The notes below the pieces were generated by a model. It saw only the letters and a program-made list of their open reading frames with translations. It ran no database searches and was not told the origin of the DNA. Of a stretch of DNA of 64,000 bases, positions 63,601-64,000 are shown one piece after another. The position numbers were made by a program, and so were the translations under genes. Every line of letters begins with the position of its first letter. Within the stretch, counting starts at the first letter, position 1. The DNA is from Octopus vulgaris. Taxonomy: Eukaryota. Location: positions 57,164,001-57,228,000 of the forward strand of contig OX597832.1 of NCBI GenBank assembly GCA_951406725.2, in the 5' to 3' direction.

Positions 63601-64000
63601 TACATATATACATACTTACACATACATACACACACACACACACACAAATACATATATACACACACATACATACACGCATACATACACTCACATGCACACA
63701 CATACACACATACATATACAAACACATGCACACACATACACATATACACACATACATACACACATGCATACAAACTTACACACACATACACACACACACA
63801 CACACACAAATACATACATACATACTTACACACACATACACAAATACATATATACACACACATACATACACGCATACATACACTCACATGCACACACATA
63901 CATATACACACACATGCACACACATACACATATACACACACATATACACACATACATACACACATGCACACACATGCATACACATACACACATGCACATA
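63318..64000. repeat. (CA)/(CATA) degenerate tract with internal duplications
   Basis: Direct inspection; source of the 354-aa Cys/Val ORF. Confidence 0.92.

Overview
AT-rich, microsatellite-dense animal genomic DNA; the SINE, LINE and MITE repertoire suggests an octopus or other cephalopod (inferred from recalled repeat families, not from a search). Most of the window is interspersed repeat: several tRNA-derived SINE families, CR1/L2-type, RTE and R4-type LINE remnants, mariner, Mutator, pogo/Tigger, piggyBac-type and Helitron DNA elements, and many Penelope-like (PLE) ends. Nearly all ORF-track entries are microsatellite or repeat artefacts. Two host genes are supported on the + strand. The first is a complete 4-coding-exon gene (36524-47544, 442 aa) for a signal peptide + PLAT/LH2 + Ser/Thr-rich stalk + C-terminal TM protein. 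The second is the first coding exon of a delta/zeta-type tubulin (59953-60047) with an RFX X-box-like site upstream. An intron-containing tRNA-Lys(TTT) (pseudo)gene lies at 23360-23451 (-). The most notable observations are minimal hammerhead-ribozyme motifs inside fold-back PLE-like remnants, two near-perfect ~90-bp hairpin insertions of related architecture, piggyBac-type MITE arrays sharing a 23-bp spacer at two loci, a retroposed element with a non-RT ORF remnant, and an unexplained GC-rich structured segment beside the tubulin promoter. All coordinates were read by eye and repeat boundaries are approximate.
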